Shown one piece after another: positions 41,943-58,736 of a stretch of 64,000 bases of DNA; position 1 is the first letter of the stretch, and the number at the start of each line of letters is the position of its first letter. A program made the translations under genes and the position numbers. The notes beneath the pieces are model-generated. The model made no database searches and had not been told where the DNA came from. It was given only the letters and a program-made list of their open reading frames with translations. Source of the stretch: Eledone cirrhosa (Eukaryota). Location of the stretch: positions 349,494,001-349,558,000 of the forward strand of contig OZ024740.1 of the NCBI GenBank assembly GCA_964016885.1. Reading direction: 5' to 3'.

Positions 41943-44900
41943 GGGGGGGGGGGGGGGAGAGAGAAAATTATGTATATATTGAATTTCAATCTTTGTTTAC
42001 GGAACTAATTAAGTATTAATACTATAAAGTTAATGAGCTAGCACAACTAGTATCACTAACAATAGTATAAACACAGCTACTACTAACATAACATGAGGAC
42101 CTGCATTTGACCTGGAAAACCTGGGGCATTACAATGGAATACTGCAGTCAGAAAAGGTGAAGAATGTAAATGACATAAGGGTGATGTCATTCACTCTATT
42201 AATTGCTAACACTACTTTTATTGGTTTGTAGAGATATGAAGGAATGTCACACAGAAATTAAAACTGCAGGAAGCACTGTGAATAAATGAGGGGTTTATAT
42301 ATGACACCAGGCACACCTACCCATTACCTGCCCCAAAACTTTTTATGACAAAGGGTGACCAACAACAACAACTGTAACTACTAATGCTGAAACTAATACA
42401 AGTCTAAGCCAATAAGGGAGCTTTTATTTGGCTACTCAACCTATTAAGAGCAACTAAATCTTCCTCAAATCACATCTTTCTTAGATAAGAAAAGTACATA
42501 TTAGATGTAGTCCTACAGAATGCAATGACCAAGGCTGGAAAACCTTGAAACATAAGATTTACTTGATCAGAGCTGACCTGATGGCTAATATATATCAACA
42601 ACAACAACAACAACTAATAATACAAGTCACTATAACCATTTTACATTAAAGGCCAAACTCGGGCAGATTTGAACTCTAAGTGTAAAAGGACAAAATAAAA
42701 TACCATAAAAGGTATTTTGACGGTTGCTCTGTGAATACTGCCACTTTCCAAAAGCAGTATTAGCCTAAAAACCACTAGCCAAGACCCGCTACAGAATTAT
42801 TTATTTTGAAGTTTATGGAACATTCTGGAAGTGTAGTATATTAAATTGAATATCCGTAAAAAAAAATACATAAGCAAAAGAAAGAAAATGAACCTATAAA
42901 TGGTTGAATGGAAATATAACAAGAGACTGGAACTATCAGATTTATAAACAACAACAACAAAGATATAAACCGATATACATTACATAGGGGAACAGCTGGA
43001 CAAAGGCCAAATTTGCAGACCCGTTGTAACCTTTGAGAGCATATTGGAAGAAAGCTTGAATAACCATGACAATCGAGTATTATGGTAGTTAGAGTAGTTG
43101 TAATTCTAAGCACAGAGATTACATACAAGACATATACTTTTCCCTGCCTTTCATTAGAGGGAGACCAACAAGATCCGTTACAACTATCATTACCAATTTC
43201 AAAACTATTACAAGTAAGAGAGTTGCTATGCAGCTACTCAACCTAACCTGCTAGAAATAGCAGTTTAGTCCCTCAAATGAAACTAGTGATAGTTTGCATT
43301 TAGTGAGTATAATAAACAGTTATTTGCCAAATGTTGAGATTTTATTCTCTTCTTCATGGCAAACAAATTTATTAATTTTGAATTAAGATAAATTCTACTG
43401 CAAACAGATGGCTTAAACATTATATATATATATATATGTGTGTATGTGTATGTAGATTCACACATATCATTGGGTGAGTAAAAAGTGCCAGTATACACAA
43501 ACTGCACTGAGTATTTACAGGAATTTGTCAAATCTCACTACTTTCCTTCATTAACAATATTCTGAAGAATACAAAGGACAAGTCAGAAAACTGAAAGGAA
43601 GCTTAAAAAAAGAATTGAAAAAAAAAAACATTAAAAAAAACACATGAGGAATAATGGTCTTGAAAAACATTTCCGAACAGCATATCAAACATCATATGAT
43701 AATGTTTAACAGTAAATAATACATCAATAGCAATAACAGAAATATCAAATAGAATAGAAAATAATTTTTTTAAAAATCACCGAACAGATCTACATGTATA
43801 TATGACAGACCTACATGTATTCACGTTGGAAGAATCTAGAATACAGAGAAATGTGAGAATATGTGACATAAGTGAGAGTGGTGTGTCTATGAATGTCAGT
43901 GTACTTGTGTGTATTACATAATCATTGTATTACAGCAAGTGCAATACAATGCAAGTAAACTAATGAATGTCTATTGAGTTTCATGTATTAACAAATTACA
44001 TATTACAGATTAAAAAAAAAACAGTGTTCATCTAACTTGTTATGCTTGAGGGGCAAACGATGTTCCCTTAAATTTACTCTTTCTAATATGACTAAATAAC
44101 TTAAGGTGTACTAATTATTGTCATGGTAACCAAATATCTTATGAGGTTGTTAGCTATTTCATTAGCAAATATATTTTGGAGTCATTATGGATAAGAGAAA
44201 TATATGACTGATTCAATGAATACTTGATAATTGAGAACAATGCATAATGGGTAATGAAGCCAATGTAAATGGATAGAGAGGGAGGCAATACAGGTAGAGT
44301 AAATCAAAGACAATTATGTTAACAGAAGATTATTTTATCTACTCACTGTCATTGCAATGCAAACTAGAAAATAGTTTATAACAAAAGACAAACAAAATAT
44401 ATCCTTCCAAAATATTAGGCATTCAACAATATATATAGGAGTCTAGCAACTATTTTTTTTCAATGAGGCAATGTCCATCCTCATCAACATTACCATCATC
44501 ACTACCTCCACCATCATGTTGAACTCATTCTCTGAATCTAATGCTAATATTGATACTGGTACATATTTCAGTGAGCTGAGAGAGACAAAAAGACACAGCT
44601 GAGCCTAACTGATCCTCACACTCTGCCCTATCTTGTGTTACCTTGGCGGACTTTGAACTCAGAGCAGTGAAGGCTATAAAAGGCTAGTTATAACAAAGGC
44701 ATCCAGTTCCAATTACTCTTCTTCTCAGCCTTCTTCATAGCTATCATAATCAGTATCACCAAATTTCATTATCATCATTACCACTTCTACCACTATCATC
44801 AGCATCAGCATCAATACCACTACTAACATCATCCTCATCCTCACTCTTTATCATCATCATGTTATGACAGAGAAACTATAATGATTTATGTAGCAGTAAA

Positions 44901-45639
44901 ATAAGAAACACAAGAAACATTTCCTGTAGGGTGTAAGTTTAGTGAAGTATATTACACTTGCCAGTATTTTCACTTTTTTTTTTTTCGGATTTTATGTTGC
45001 TAATTTTTTTTACAATTTTAAAAAGTTTATTTTGTTGTTTTGTCAAGTCCTCGCCCGCACATAGAATAGGAGATTTAAAGAAAAAAATATATATATTAGA
45101 AAAAGTTTTCAAAAATAGTTTAAGGAAAATAAACACCCACACAAAAGAGCTGAGGTTCTAAAGTCATTCCAACAAATATGAGGTAGTAAGTGTATATAAA
45201 AAAAATGTCATGATAATGAAGATATGTAATTAAACATATTAGTAAATATGTGTGTATGTGGGTGAGTGAGTGTGTGTGTGTGTGTGTTCTGACAAATTTA
45301 TCTAGCCAACAGCACCTTGTAGTCATGCAAGCATATGTGTATAACATGTTCATGTGTGTGTATGTGATTGCAAGTTTGTGGTGATGATGATCATCATCAT
45401 TGCCATTTAACATCTATCGTCCAAGCTTGTATGATTTAGATGAGTTGTTACATACTGAGGGTTACTGATCAGGTGACCACATCTTCCTTGTATGCTGCCT
45501 TTTTGGCTTGGTTTCTATGGTTGGATGTCCTTCCTCATGCCAACTACTTTAGGCATGTACTGGAGGCATTTTATTGTGACTCTGGCACTACCACATTAGT
45601 CATAATAAAATGCTTCTCTCACATGGGAGCATTTTATTG

Positions 45640-45960
45640 TAATATAGTTTAATATACACACAACTGACAAACCAATAAGTTTACGACAAAACTGGGCAAG
45701 TTTGAAAATTTGAAATTTATTTGTATTTCTTGTTATATATTAAATATAAAATTGTTGAATAAGTCAGGTAAATTAAACTCGGAGATGGATAAAGTTAGAC
45801 CAGATGAGTGGTTCAATTCCAGCAAATATCTCTGTCCAACTTTATCTATTTCCAAAGCAAATTGACTTATTCAACTATTTTATAGTTAATATATGAATCA
45901 TAGCAGTTTTTCACAACATAAGCAAATAAATTTCATGTGTGTATACTATAACTATATTAA
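45640..45960. mobile_element. Degenerate MITE/foldback element
   Basis: Imperfect TIRs aatatagtttaatatacacac / gtgtgtatactataactatatt. Inner arms ttgaataagtca..ggagatggataaagtt / aactttatctatttcc..tgacttattcaa. Confidence 0.55.
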
Positions 45961-46294
45961 ACGCATGTATGTATATAACTTCCACATATTTTCAATTTTT
46001 ACCCTCTCTGTTTGTCTATGCTGAGCTTATATGTGTATGATGGTTTGCATGTTGAAGTATCAGTTTTTAGAGTTTGATTATTTTGACTACTACCAATCAT
46101 TCAGCCTCTGAGGCCAGAATGGAGATCCTGCTCAGCTATACACACACACACACACACACATACATATAATGGTATTTCGAAACATTTCATCAGATATTTT
46201 GGGGATTGTAGATCAGATGAACTGATCAATGTGTATATGGAGGGTAATTAAAATCATTAACACCATTGCAACCACCACAGTGGTAGTATTAGTA

Positions 46295-46480
46295 ATAATT
46301 GTTTCTACTTTTGTCACAAGGCCAGCAATTACCCAGTACATTACTGGTACTTTATTTTATCGACCCCGTAAGGATGAAAGGCAAAGTTAACCTCGGCGGG
46401 ATTTGAACTCAGATCGTAAAGGGACATAACTCTTTGCGTCAAAGCATGGCGTCTGACCCTCTACTGATACTGCCAATCCA
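46295..46480 (-). mobile_element. Young SINE family A copy (deleted subfamily)
   Basis: Near-identical reverse complement of 28095-28285. Confidence 0.9.
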
Positions 46481-46679
46481 TCAATAATAATAATAACAAC
46501 AACCACATCCATAATAATAAACATCACCCTTATTATTGCTCTTATCTTTAATGTTGTTGATATGTGCATTTTCACACAATTTCATTTCTTTTCTTTTTGT
46601 GGGAATTGAGTGATTGCTTCATTATCATTCTAAAAGCAGATTGATATGGCTCACAGACACCATTTCTTGTTTTTTTCCT

Positions 46680-46890
46680 TTGACCCTTAAGCATTTAAAC
46701 CGGCTGTATCTAGCCAGAATTCTATCACCTCTTTCTGTTTAAACTGGCTGTAACCGGCCTCTAATGTTAAGGTATTGTTCTCAACATAAATAACATCAAA
46801 ATCTCATAGATTTGACATTATGTGAGATAAAGCCTTTACCATGAAAATGTAATAGTAAATATAGAGTAATGTAAATGCTAAAGGGTTATA
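46680..46890. mobile_element. ~210 bp piggyBac-like MITE
   Basis: TIR ccctt(a)agcattt / aaatgctaaaggg with TTAA-like flanks. Inverted homologue at 59749-59970. Confidence 0.6.
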
Positions 46891-47084
46891 AGCCTCCATG
46901 AATAATTCTGAATTTACTACCACAATTACTGTTGCTATTATAATATTAGTTATTATTATTATTATTATTATTATTATAAAAAAGGACCAATCAAGTAATT
47001 AGGTTGCTATATTCAACTATACATATCTACCAAATATGAAGCCATGCGCCTGTGTTATAAGTTACTGATAATAATAATAATAAT

Positions 47085-47480
47085 GGTTTCTGATTTTGTC
47101 ACATGGCCAACAAATTTTGTGGGAAGGGAAAGTTGATTAAATTGACTCTAGTATGTTACAGGTACTTTGTTTTATCAGCCCTGTATGGATGCAAGGCAAT
47201 GTTGACCTTTGTGGGAATTGAACTCAGAATGGAAAGAACCGTAACTAAATAATGCAAGACGTTTTTTTTCCCCCCAATGATCTAATAACTCTGACAATCC
47301 ACATTAATAATTAATTCTGCTTCTGACACAAGGCCAACAATTTCAAGGGAATGGGAAAGTCGATTAAATCAACCCCACTGCATTACTGGTACTACATTTT
47401 ATCAACTGCATAAGGATAAAAGGCGAAGCTAAATTCGGTGGGATGTGACCTTACATCGTACCAATACTACCAATCAATTG
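47085..47480 (-). mobile_element. Two tandem older SINE family A copies
   Basis: Same tail, central and B-box motifs. Confidence 0.75.
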
Positions 47481-47924
47481 CCCTGTAATCCACATTAATA
47501 ATAGTAATTATTATTTCTTCAAAATAATAATTATAATAATAATAAAATTAATAATAATGATAAGGATGATAAGAATTCTAACACAGGAGATAGGTATACT
47601 GATCCTGCCATTTTAGCAGTTAGAAATAGTTATTTTTATGCATATGTGTGCATGTATGTATGTAGGTATGTATGTAAAGAGAAAAATACTAAAGCAGAAT
47701 AATTAAGTGCAGAGTAGGCTGTACTGGATTTGTAAGTATACAGAACAACCCATACACACAAAATGAAATATTTAACTAGACGGATAAATTGTTTTTATTC
47801 CCCTTCAGTACACACACATATTTTCTGGTAGATAAAACCAAACTGGACTAAATGTAATGCACTTTGTTCTTAAAAAATGCACACACATAAGTATATATAT
47901 ATATATGCACAACAGAGAAGAGAC

Positions 47925-48972
47925 TATAGAAGAAACTATTGAGGCATGAATTTGATGGACCAAGCCATGAAAGTTACTAAGAGGGTTATAACACAGCTAA
48001 TTAGTGACAGAATCGGGTTAGATTAGATGCAGTTCAGATATATGCCAGGTAGGGTTGTTACTGATGCTTTCTTTATGATGAGACAACTACAGGAGAGGTA
48101 TTTAGTTAAGAGTAAGTCACTGTATCTAGCATTTGTTGATCTGGAGAAGGCCATTGACAGAATCCCATGCTCTATAATCTGGTGGACATTTAGGAAGCTA
48201 GGTGTAGACAAACAGCTTGTGAGGGTCATGCAGGCCATGTATAGAAGGGCAACCAGGAGAGTGCAAGTAGGCAATGGGTACAGTGATTAATTTGAAGTGC
48301 AAGTGGGTGTCCACTAGGGATCAGTCCTTAGTCCACTCCTTTTTATCATTGTGCTTCAGGCCATCAATGAATAGTTTAAAAGTGGCTCATATAGGCAGAT
48401 AATCTAGTCCTCATACCTGAATCCATAGAAGAGTTAGAAGCAAAATTTCAAGCATGGAATAACCTAAAGTTAAGGGGTCTAAAAGTAAATTTAACAAAGT
48501 AGAAAAGAAGACAGGAAAGTGGCTTTGTTCAATATGTCAGAAAAGGGTGAGCATAAATTCAACAAGGTGCACACAATGTAGATCTAGGCAGACATAGGAT
48601 GAGGTTGTGAAAACCAACCTTAAAAAACTAAACCTCACTATAGAAATGACTAAAGACCGCAAAGGCTGGCGCTATGCAGAGTTGCAGAAGACTCGACCTG
48701 CAGCATACAATGCCACCTGACTTACACTCATGCCCACCTCCACTAGCCCTCTCCAACAGTTACCTTCAACATCACTACTTCAAACCCATAGCACAAAGAC
48801 GTGAAAACCTCTCCTGTGCACTTGGTTGAGCGTCGAACATACATAAAGCAAGGCACAGATCCCTCGCTTACCTGGGCGATAACCGACTCTGCTTCAGTAC
48901 TGACTTGGTCTATGAAGACCCCGTCCAACCCTTTCTAGCAGGGAAAGAGGACATTAAAACAACGATGATGAT
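47925..48972 (+). mobile_element. Degraded, internally deleted RTE-like LINE (PHD-finger family)
   Basis: MQFRYMPGRVVTDAFFMMRQLQERYL..LAFVDLEKAIDRIP..KLGVDKQLVR. Tail ccgtccaaccctttctagcagggaaagaggacattaaa + (GAT)n. Confidence 0.8.
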
Positions 48973-48993
48973 GATATATACATACACACACAC

Positions 48994-49069
<76 letters not shown>

Positions 49070-50139
49070 TACATACATACACACACATCATCATTGTTTG
49101 ACACCCTATTAGTCCATGCAAGCAGGATGGACGGAATATATGAGGCTTGATTTTACAAAGCTGTTGTGGAAATACAAATGTACAAATAATTTATATATAT
49201 TAATAAATCTAAACATATACATAAATTCAACTTTCATTTTCACAAGTGTTTCAATATATCTGTGAATGCATGTTTGTTCTCCATTTTTGCATATGGAGAG
49301 AGTATATATATTAGCATATGCTTGTACACGAGTGTTTGTAATCTAAGTGTAATGTGTGAGTATATATCATATATATGTATTTATGTGTGTATGAAATGTA
49401 CATATATATATGTGTATGCATGTGTTTCTGAATAATAAAGTTGACTATATAATGTTTCAGTCATTCATTAAAAAAAAAACAATCATGTTTTAATAAAACA
49501 ATAAAAATGCAAAATATTTCAATTAAATTCCTAAAAATCCTTATTTGCGTAACTACTGACCTATCTACATATCTGGCTGGCTATACATTACCTACGTATT
49601 TATCTCTTTATCTGTCTATCAAGCCCTGCATTGCAATTTATCTTATAGTAGTTAGTCTTCTTGTTGTTGCTTGCTTAATATTGATGTATAAATGTAAAAC
49701 TTTGGTAAAAGAAATGACCACAGCAGGAAATAAAATTATCGAATAAATGAAAATAAAATGAGCAAAATAGAAGGAGGCGGGAAGAATGCAACATGGCAAA
49801 AACATAATCATTTTTTTCAAAAAGAGATAATAATAATAATAATAATAACAACAATAACAACAACATGGAGAGATGTGAGAGAGAGAATTAAAGAAATAAA
49901 ACGAAAAAATTGAAAGACAAAGAAGTCAAACCGTGTGGGGTGATGATGATGATGATGATGGAGATAGTGATAATCATGATGCTGATGGTGAAGATTATGA
50001 TGATAATAGAAATAATTATTATAATGGTAATGATGATGATTGTGGCAATAAAGATGCCATTTTTAATACCTTTGCTTTATCATATTAGATATCAAACTAT
50101 AATTGCAATACCAATTTTTAAAAAATGATAATAATGATG

Positions 50140-51250
50140 GTTTCAGATTTAGGCACAAAGCCAGCAATTCTAGGGGAGGGAAAAGTCAATAAAATCAACC
50201 CCAGTGCGTTGCTGGTACTTTATTTTATCGACCCTGTAAGGATGAAAGGCAATAATAATAACAGTTTCTAATTTAGGTACAAGGCCAAAAAATTAGGGGG
50301 AGGAAAGTCAATTGAATTGACACTACTAGTACTAAACTGGTACACTATTTCATCAAGAAGAGGAAGGATAAAAACCAATGTTGACCTCAGTATGATTTGA
50401 ACTCAGAAGAACACAAATGCCACTAACGAATCAACTAATAATAATCACATATTTATTTTCCATGGGGGTGATAAATATAATGATTTCTAACATAGGCACA
50501 AGGCCAGAAAATGTATTGGGAGAATGAACAATGGATAATTAATATCAATATGATTGGTATTTTATATTTATCAACTTACCTATAAGAGTGGAATCAATGT
50601 TAAACTCAAAAGGAGTGAAATTAAGAACAATAACTCATAGACTCCTGTAATAATTTAGCAGAAAATATTTCATAATACAGTTGTTAATTGTTTATAGCAT
50701 CTTTACTAGTGGACAGCTCCTTGTGAAAATTTGCAGTAAACTAGAGTAAAGACTTTAATTTTTAATGTGATGCAGCCATAGTGTTTTGTACTTTTCAAAA
50801 AATTCTTATTGATGTGGTTTGATGAGGTACAAGACGTTACAAGGTAAGAGACTCCCATAAACTGAAGACTAAAACATCTAAAATCTGTCAATCCATCAGT
50901 TATAGAATAATAAACATAAAAAATATGAATAATGGTTTCCAATTTAGGCACAAGTCTATCAATTTAGGGGAAATGGAAAGTTGATTAAATTAACCCCAGT
51001 ACATAAATAGTACTTTATTTAACAATCCTGGGAAAATAAAAGGGAAAGTTGAAATTGGCAGGATTTGAACTCAGAACGTAATAATAATGAGGAAGAGATG
51101 GGGGGGGGGGTTCTATCTTGAGCACAAGGCCACAAATTTTGAGGATGGTTGATTATATGTACCTCAGTATTTGACTGCTAGATATTTTGATCAAATTCAG
51201 AATGAGGAAAGGCAAAGTTGACCCAAGTGTCATCTGAACTCAGAATATAT
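50140..51250 (-). mobile_element. Cluster of ~5 SINE family A copies/fragments
   Basis: aggcacaagg..ggggagg..aagtcaat..ctggtactttattttatcg..gatttgaactcag repeats. Confidence 0.75.
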
Positions 51251-52057
51251 GGGGATACTCTCCCCACCCTATACACACACATTTATTATTAATGATTATG
51301 ATGATGGTGATGGTGATGGTGGTGGTGATAAATAAGGATAATAACAACAACAACAGTAATAAAATTGAGTATAGATGAAAATAAGAATAACACAAGAAAT
51401 GAAATTTTCCAAAAATCCAGTGTTCACCGGATCATGTTTCCCTGCTTTTCTAGTGTTTAGGTTATTTTTGTACAAAGTTACAGAGTTGAGTCGATCCTTT
51501 CAGAAACCTTGCAGGGTCCATGGGATGTGAGATATGTAGGGATGAGGAGGGAGGGGTAATATATTACATTGACACATGAAGAATTAAGTAGGATGTGAGG
51601 TAAAACTCCCACTATATGGGAAAATTAGTTAGTCTCTATATTGCCACAAGATAATTCTTTTCAGAAGCGGTCTCCTCTTCATGTGTGTGGACCTATTGCG
51701 AATGGAGAGGTGTGGGTGTGAAGTGAGGTAAGTAAGTCGATGGCGTATCTGTATGTATGTTTATGTGTATGTGTGTGCCTGCATGTTTGTAAAGGATGGG
51801 TGGGAGGTAATTAAGTAAATTACATACGATAAAGGAAGGGTGACCCTGCATAGAAAAACAAGCAACAACAACAGCAGTGGGTTTGTTCTCATGTATCATC
51901 ATTCATTCACTGAGTTGTTCCAATATATAATCAACTCAGCCATTGATTTCATCTGTACAGCTTTTTTTCATATACAGAAGAAAAAAAAAAAAAAGATGTC
52001 AAGGAAAATAAAATTACACAGACATACACATACATACATATAAATTTATGCATGTGA

Positions 52058-52129
<72 letters not shown>

Positions 52130-52559
52130 ATACATATATAATGTTTAAATACATATTTATGTATGCATGTTTGTGTATATAAATATATATATATATATAT
52201 AAATATAAATGCATATATTACATATATATATTCTTATATATAGAGTCATACACATGCATGCACAAACAAACAATCATGCATGCATGTATGCATGCATAGA
52301 GAAAAAAAAACAATCCTGCATGGTTATTATAATAAAGAGAATGAAATATACACCTGAGATTTCTTATTTGGTATGTCATATCATATGATAAATGAAAAAC
52401 AAACAAAAAGTAAAATTTAAAAAAATTGTGATGGGTAAAAGGTGGGTGGGGGAAGATGGATTATTTCATTACATATGGTTGGGGGTGCAAGGAGCAGATG
52501 GACGATTGTGTGGTTGGTAGGTGGAAATGTAAGATGAGTAAAAGAAAAAAAAAAAAATA

Positions 52560-53405
52560 TATATATATATATATATACATTAATACTATATACATATACA
52601 TTCATACATATATATATATACATTCATACATATATATATATATATACTCTTACATATATATATATATACATTCATAGATATATATACATATACATATATA
52701 TATATACGTTCATAGATATATATACATATACATATATATATATACGTTCATAGATATATATACATATACATATATACGTTCATACATATATATATATACA
52801 TTCATACATATATATATTTACATTCACACATATATATATATACATTCATACATATATATATATATATACATTCATACATATATATATATATATATATACA
52901 TTCACACACATATATATATATACATTCATACATATATATATATACATTCAACCATATATATATACATTCAACCATATATATATATACATTCACACATATA
53001 TATATATACATTCACACATATATATATATATACATTCACACATATATATATACATTCACACATATATATATACATTCACACATATATATATATACATTCA
53101 CACATATATATATATATATACATTCATACATATATATATATATATATACACATACCTATATATATACATATACATATATATATATAGATATACATTCATA
53201 CATACATATAGATATACATTCATACATACATATAGATATACATTCATACATACATATATATATACATTCATACATACATATATATATACATACATATATA
53301 TATACATTCATACATACATATATATATACATACATATATATATACATTCATACATACATATATATATACATTCATACATACATATATACATACATTCATA
53401 CATAC

Positions 53406-53464
<59 letters not shown>

Positions 53465-53688
53465 CATATATATATATACATTCATATATATATATACATA
53501 TATATATGATGATGATGGCTACCCCCTCGTTATCGAGTATGGCCATTGCACGATATACCATTATTACATATACATATGCATTCATATATATATATATATA
53601 TATATACATACATATATATATACATATATATACATGCATACATACATATATACATATATATATTCATACATATATATATATATATATT

Positions 53689-53736
<48 letters not shown>

Positions 53737-53898
53737 CATTCATACATATATATATATATATACATTCATACATATATATATATATATACATTCATACATA
53801 TATATATATACATTCATACATATATATATATATATATATATACATTCATACATATATATATATATATACATTCATACATATATATATATATATACATT

Positions 53899-53930
<32 letters not shown>

Positions 53931-54072
53931 CATTCATACATATATATATATACACATATATACATTCATACATATATATATATACACATATATACATTCA
54001 TACATATATATATATATAAACATATATATATATATATATACATATACATTCATATACATATATATATACATT

Positions 54073-54142
<70 letters not shown>

Positions 54143-54419
54143 TATACATAGTACTTATACATATATATATGTACATATACATATATAAATACACAGACAT
54201 TTATATATATATACATATACGTATATACACATATATATATATAATGAATTAGTAATCTGAACATTCCTGCATAAATATGCTGTGCCACAGAAAATATAGT
54301 GGGGAACCACAAAAACGCCATTTGCGTACAGATTCAACATTCCATTCATTAGTAATAGACCTTATGTACATTATATATATCATATGCATAAATATTCACA
54401 CAAACACGCACTATATGTC

Positions 54420-54470
<51 letters not shown>

Positions 54471-54596
54471 GTATATGTGTATAAATATAGATATATATAG
54501 ACACACACACGTACATACATATATATGTGTGGGGGTGTGTGTGCATGCACATTATCTGTATGTAAATGCATATGCGTATATATATGTATATATATG

Positions 54597-54632
<36 letters not shown>

Positions 54633-54679
54633 TATACATGTATATATACATATGTATATATATAAATAAATGTATATAC

Positions 54680-54723
<44 letters not shown>

Positions 54724-54746
54724 GATAGATATATCATATTAACGTC

Positions 54747-54831
<85 letters not shown>

Positions 54832-54974
54832 GCATATACAAATATATATGCATATATATATGTACAATGTCATATGAGTATAGAAAAAATGGAAAACAAG
54901 CAGAACACATTTTTTAATGTCTGCATATAATTTCATATACAGATATATATATTGATATATATATATATACACAC

Positions 54975-55006
<32 letters not shown>

Positions 55007-55076
55007 TTATATATATTCATATATATATATATACACACATATATTTTCATATATAAATATACACATATTTATATTC

Positions 55077-55115
<39 letters not shown>

Positions 55116-55183
55116 AATATACACATATTTCTATTCATATATATATATACATATATATAAATATACACATATTTATATTCATA

Positions 55184-55214
<31 letters not shown>

Positions 55215-55905
55215 TCATATATGTATATACATATATATACATACATATATATTCATATATATATATACACACATATATATTCATATATATATACACACAT
55301 ATATATATTCATATATACATACACGTATATATATTCATAGATATATATATGTATATATACACACATATTTCACATGCACATTATTTACACATTACCTGTC
55401 ATACGTAAAAGAACGTTCTGGCCCACATGTTAGTTATACAAATGATGAAATACAACTATAAATGACATCATTCATAAAAAAGGGATGTGATTGTCAACAT
55501 TGGTCTGGGTGGAGAAATGCAATGACATATATATATATATATATATATATGCACATATATGTATACATACATATATACATATATACATATATATATAAAT
55601 ATATATATGTACATACATATATATATATACATACATATATACATATATAAATATATATATATATATACATACATATATATATATATAAATATATATACGT
55701 ACATATATACATATATATATATAAATATATATACATACATATATACATATATCTATATACATACATATATACATATATATATATACATACATATATACAT
55801 ATATACATATATACATACATATATACATACATACATACATATATACATACATATATATACATATATACATATATATATATACATACATATATATATATAT
55901 ATATA

Positions 55906-55937
<32 letters not shown>

Positions 55938-56472
55938 CATACATACATATATACATACATACATACATATATATATAAATATATATATATATATACATAC
56001 ATATATACATATATAAATATATATATATACATACATACATATATACATATATAAATATATATATATACATACATACATATATACATATATAAATATATAT
56101 ATATACATACATACATATATAAATATATATATATACATACATACATATATACATATATAAATATATATATATACATACATATATACATATATATATATAC
56201 ATATATAAATAAATATATATATACATATATAAATATATATATACATATATAAATATATATATATACATATATAAATATATATATATACATACATAAATAT
56301 ATATATATACATACATATATATATATATATATACATATATAAATATATATATACATATATAAATATATATATATACATACATATATATATATATAAATAT
56401 ATACATACATATATATATATATATAAATATATATATATATACATACATATATAAATATATATATATACATAC

Positions 56473-56504
<32 letters not shown>

Positions 56505-56517
56505 GCACATATATGTA

Positions 56518-56548
<31 letters not shown>

Positions 56549-56641
56549 GTATGTATATATATATTTATATATATATATGTATGTATATATACATATATTT
56601 ATATATATATATGTATGTATATATATTTGTATGTATGTATG

Positions 56642-56674
<33 letters not shown>

Positions 56675-56755
56675 GTATGTATGTATGTCTATATATATGT
56701 ATGTATGTATATATGTATGTATGTATATATGTATGTATGTATGTATATATGTATG

Positions 56756-56795
<40 letters not shown>

Positions 56796-56904
56796 CATAT
56801 ATATATATACATACATATATATATATATATATACATACATATACACATTATATATATATACATATAAATATTTATATATATATATACATATATATATATA
56901 CATA

Positions 56905-56946
<42 letters not shown>

Positions 56947-57013
56947 CATATACACATTATATATATATACATATAAATATTTATATATATATATACATAT
57001 ATATATATACATA

Positions 57014-57073
<60 letters not shown>

Positions 57074-57130
57074 TATATGTTTATATATATATACATATAT
57101 AAATACATACATACATATATGTATGTATAT
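52560..57130. repeat. Large interrupted (TA)n/(TACA)n/(CATTCATA) microsatellite field
   Basis: Seen directly. Short unique islands at ~54250-54400, 54870-54930 and 55380-55525. Confidence 0.95.
53508..53560 (-). mobile_element. Isolated 3' tail of the RTE-C2H2 LINE family
   Basis: gatgatggctaccccctcgttatcgagtatggccattgcacga matches 5855-5898. Confidence 0.8.
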
Positions 57131-57518
57131 GCACGTATGTGCGTGTGTTTTTGCATGAATGCATATGTGTGCATACATAAATATAACCCTAGTTAGGGAT
57201 ATATATTTATATATGTCAAAATGATCATCATCAACTTTAGGTTTATTACTCCATACTAGTAGAGACTGGATAATTCTTGTGAGCAAGAATTCTACTGCTA
57301 GTTGCTTTTCCTGATGCTTCACCCTTATTTGTCTTGTTAAGTAAAGTATTGATATTTGCACACCATACTATGGCAATACAGGATGCTGTTTAAGCAATAT
57401 GTACACAAGGGTGGCCACAAGCAATGTCTTATATGGACCGAAAATGGCAGGGATCAATTAAATACATACACACATGCAGAGTTATATATATGTGTATGTG
57501 TATATATATATATATATA

Positions 57519-57840
57519 TAGTATAAAAACGAAAAAAATCAGTGATGCATCTGGACTCAGTTTATTGCGTGTTACAATTGTTTCGCCGGCAGGTAGCTCA
57601 AGACATGATCACTGTATGGATCTGGCTGATTCTACAGCTGCAGGTTCAAATTTCGAAGCAAATTTTCTCACAGTGAGAAAATTTGCTCCGAACGAACTAC
57701 CCGTGTCTGAAGGAACCTGCAGCCGTAGAATCAGCCAGATCCATACAGTGATCATGTCTCGAGCTACCTGCTGGGAAAACAATTGTAATACACAATTAAC
57801 TGAGTCCAGATGCATCTCTGACTTTTCGTTTTTATACTAT
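57519..57840. mobile_element. ~320 bp palindrome of a PLE pseudo-LTR with a degenerate hammerhead (57702-57792)
   Basis: Arms 57519-57646 and 57714-57840 are complementary around a central hairpin at 57672. Motif cgtgt-CTGAAGG..GAAA(a)caattg-TA-atac; the other arm gives GAAA-caattg-TA-acacg. Confidence 0.7.
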
Positions 57841-58100
57841 CCACACTCTACTCTGTATGAATATTGAGTGCTAATTTTGGCATACCACCTATGGAAGCAC
57901 CATAGCTACCATTATACACAAGTATATATATATATATACATATATACACATACGCAAGCATATAGACTCACACACATGCCCATCCATGTACATATATTTG
58001 TATGATGATGATATATACACACACACACATCTATGTATATAATTATATAATATATATATAGACACACACATATATACATATCTACATCTATCTATCTAGA

Positions 58101-58142
<42 letters not shown>

Positions 58143-58154
58143 TATATGTGTGTG

Positions 58155-58192
<38 letters not shown>

Positions 58193-58678
58193 TAAGCATG
58201 TATATATATATATTTATACATATATATATATATATATGTGTACATACATACATACATATATAGAAATTAAATGGTCAACATAGTAATAATCATTAATTGA
58301 TTACTATGTTGTGAATTTTGAATTTTGCGTATAACCTTCCCCCATCCCTGAAAATATTTTCTCACTACAACTTTAAAAACCACACCGAGTATATCACAAC
58401 CCTGTTCCAAGCATTCACCAATACATTTTCACAACAGGAAACACATACCTATATACACACCACACACACACATATACATATGCACATATAGATACATATG
58501 TAAATTTATATATATACATATATATATATATATACACACACATAAATATATATACACATACATAAATATATATACACATACATAAATATATATACACATA
58601 CATATATACACATAGATATATATATATATACATAGATATTCATACATATATATAAATATATATATAGACACACACACC

Positions 58679-58736
<58 letters not shown>

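Noticed and set aside
44925-44970. Short hairpin with a miR-92-like string (tattacacttg)
   Set aside because: Stem too short and imperfect, and the seed is mismatched.
52800-57200. Many YIYI-type ORFs up to 463 aa
   Set aside because: Same microsatellite artefact.
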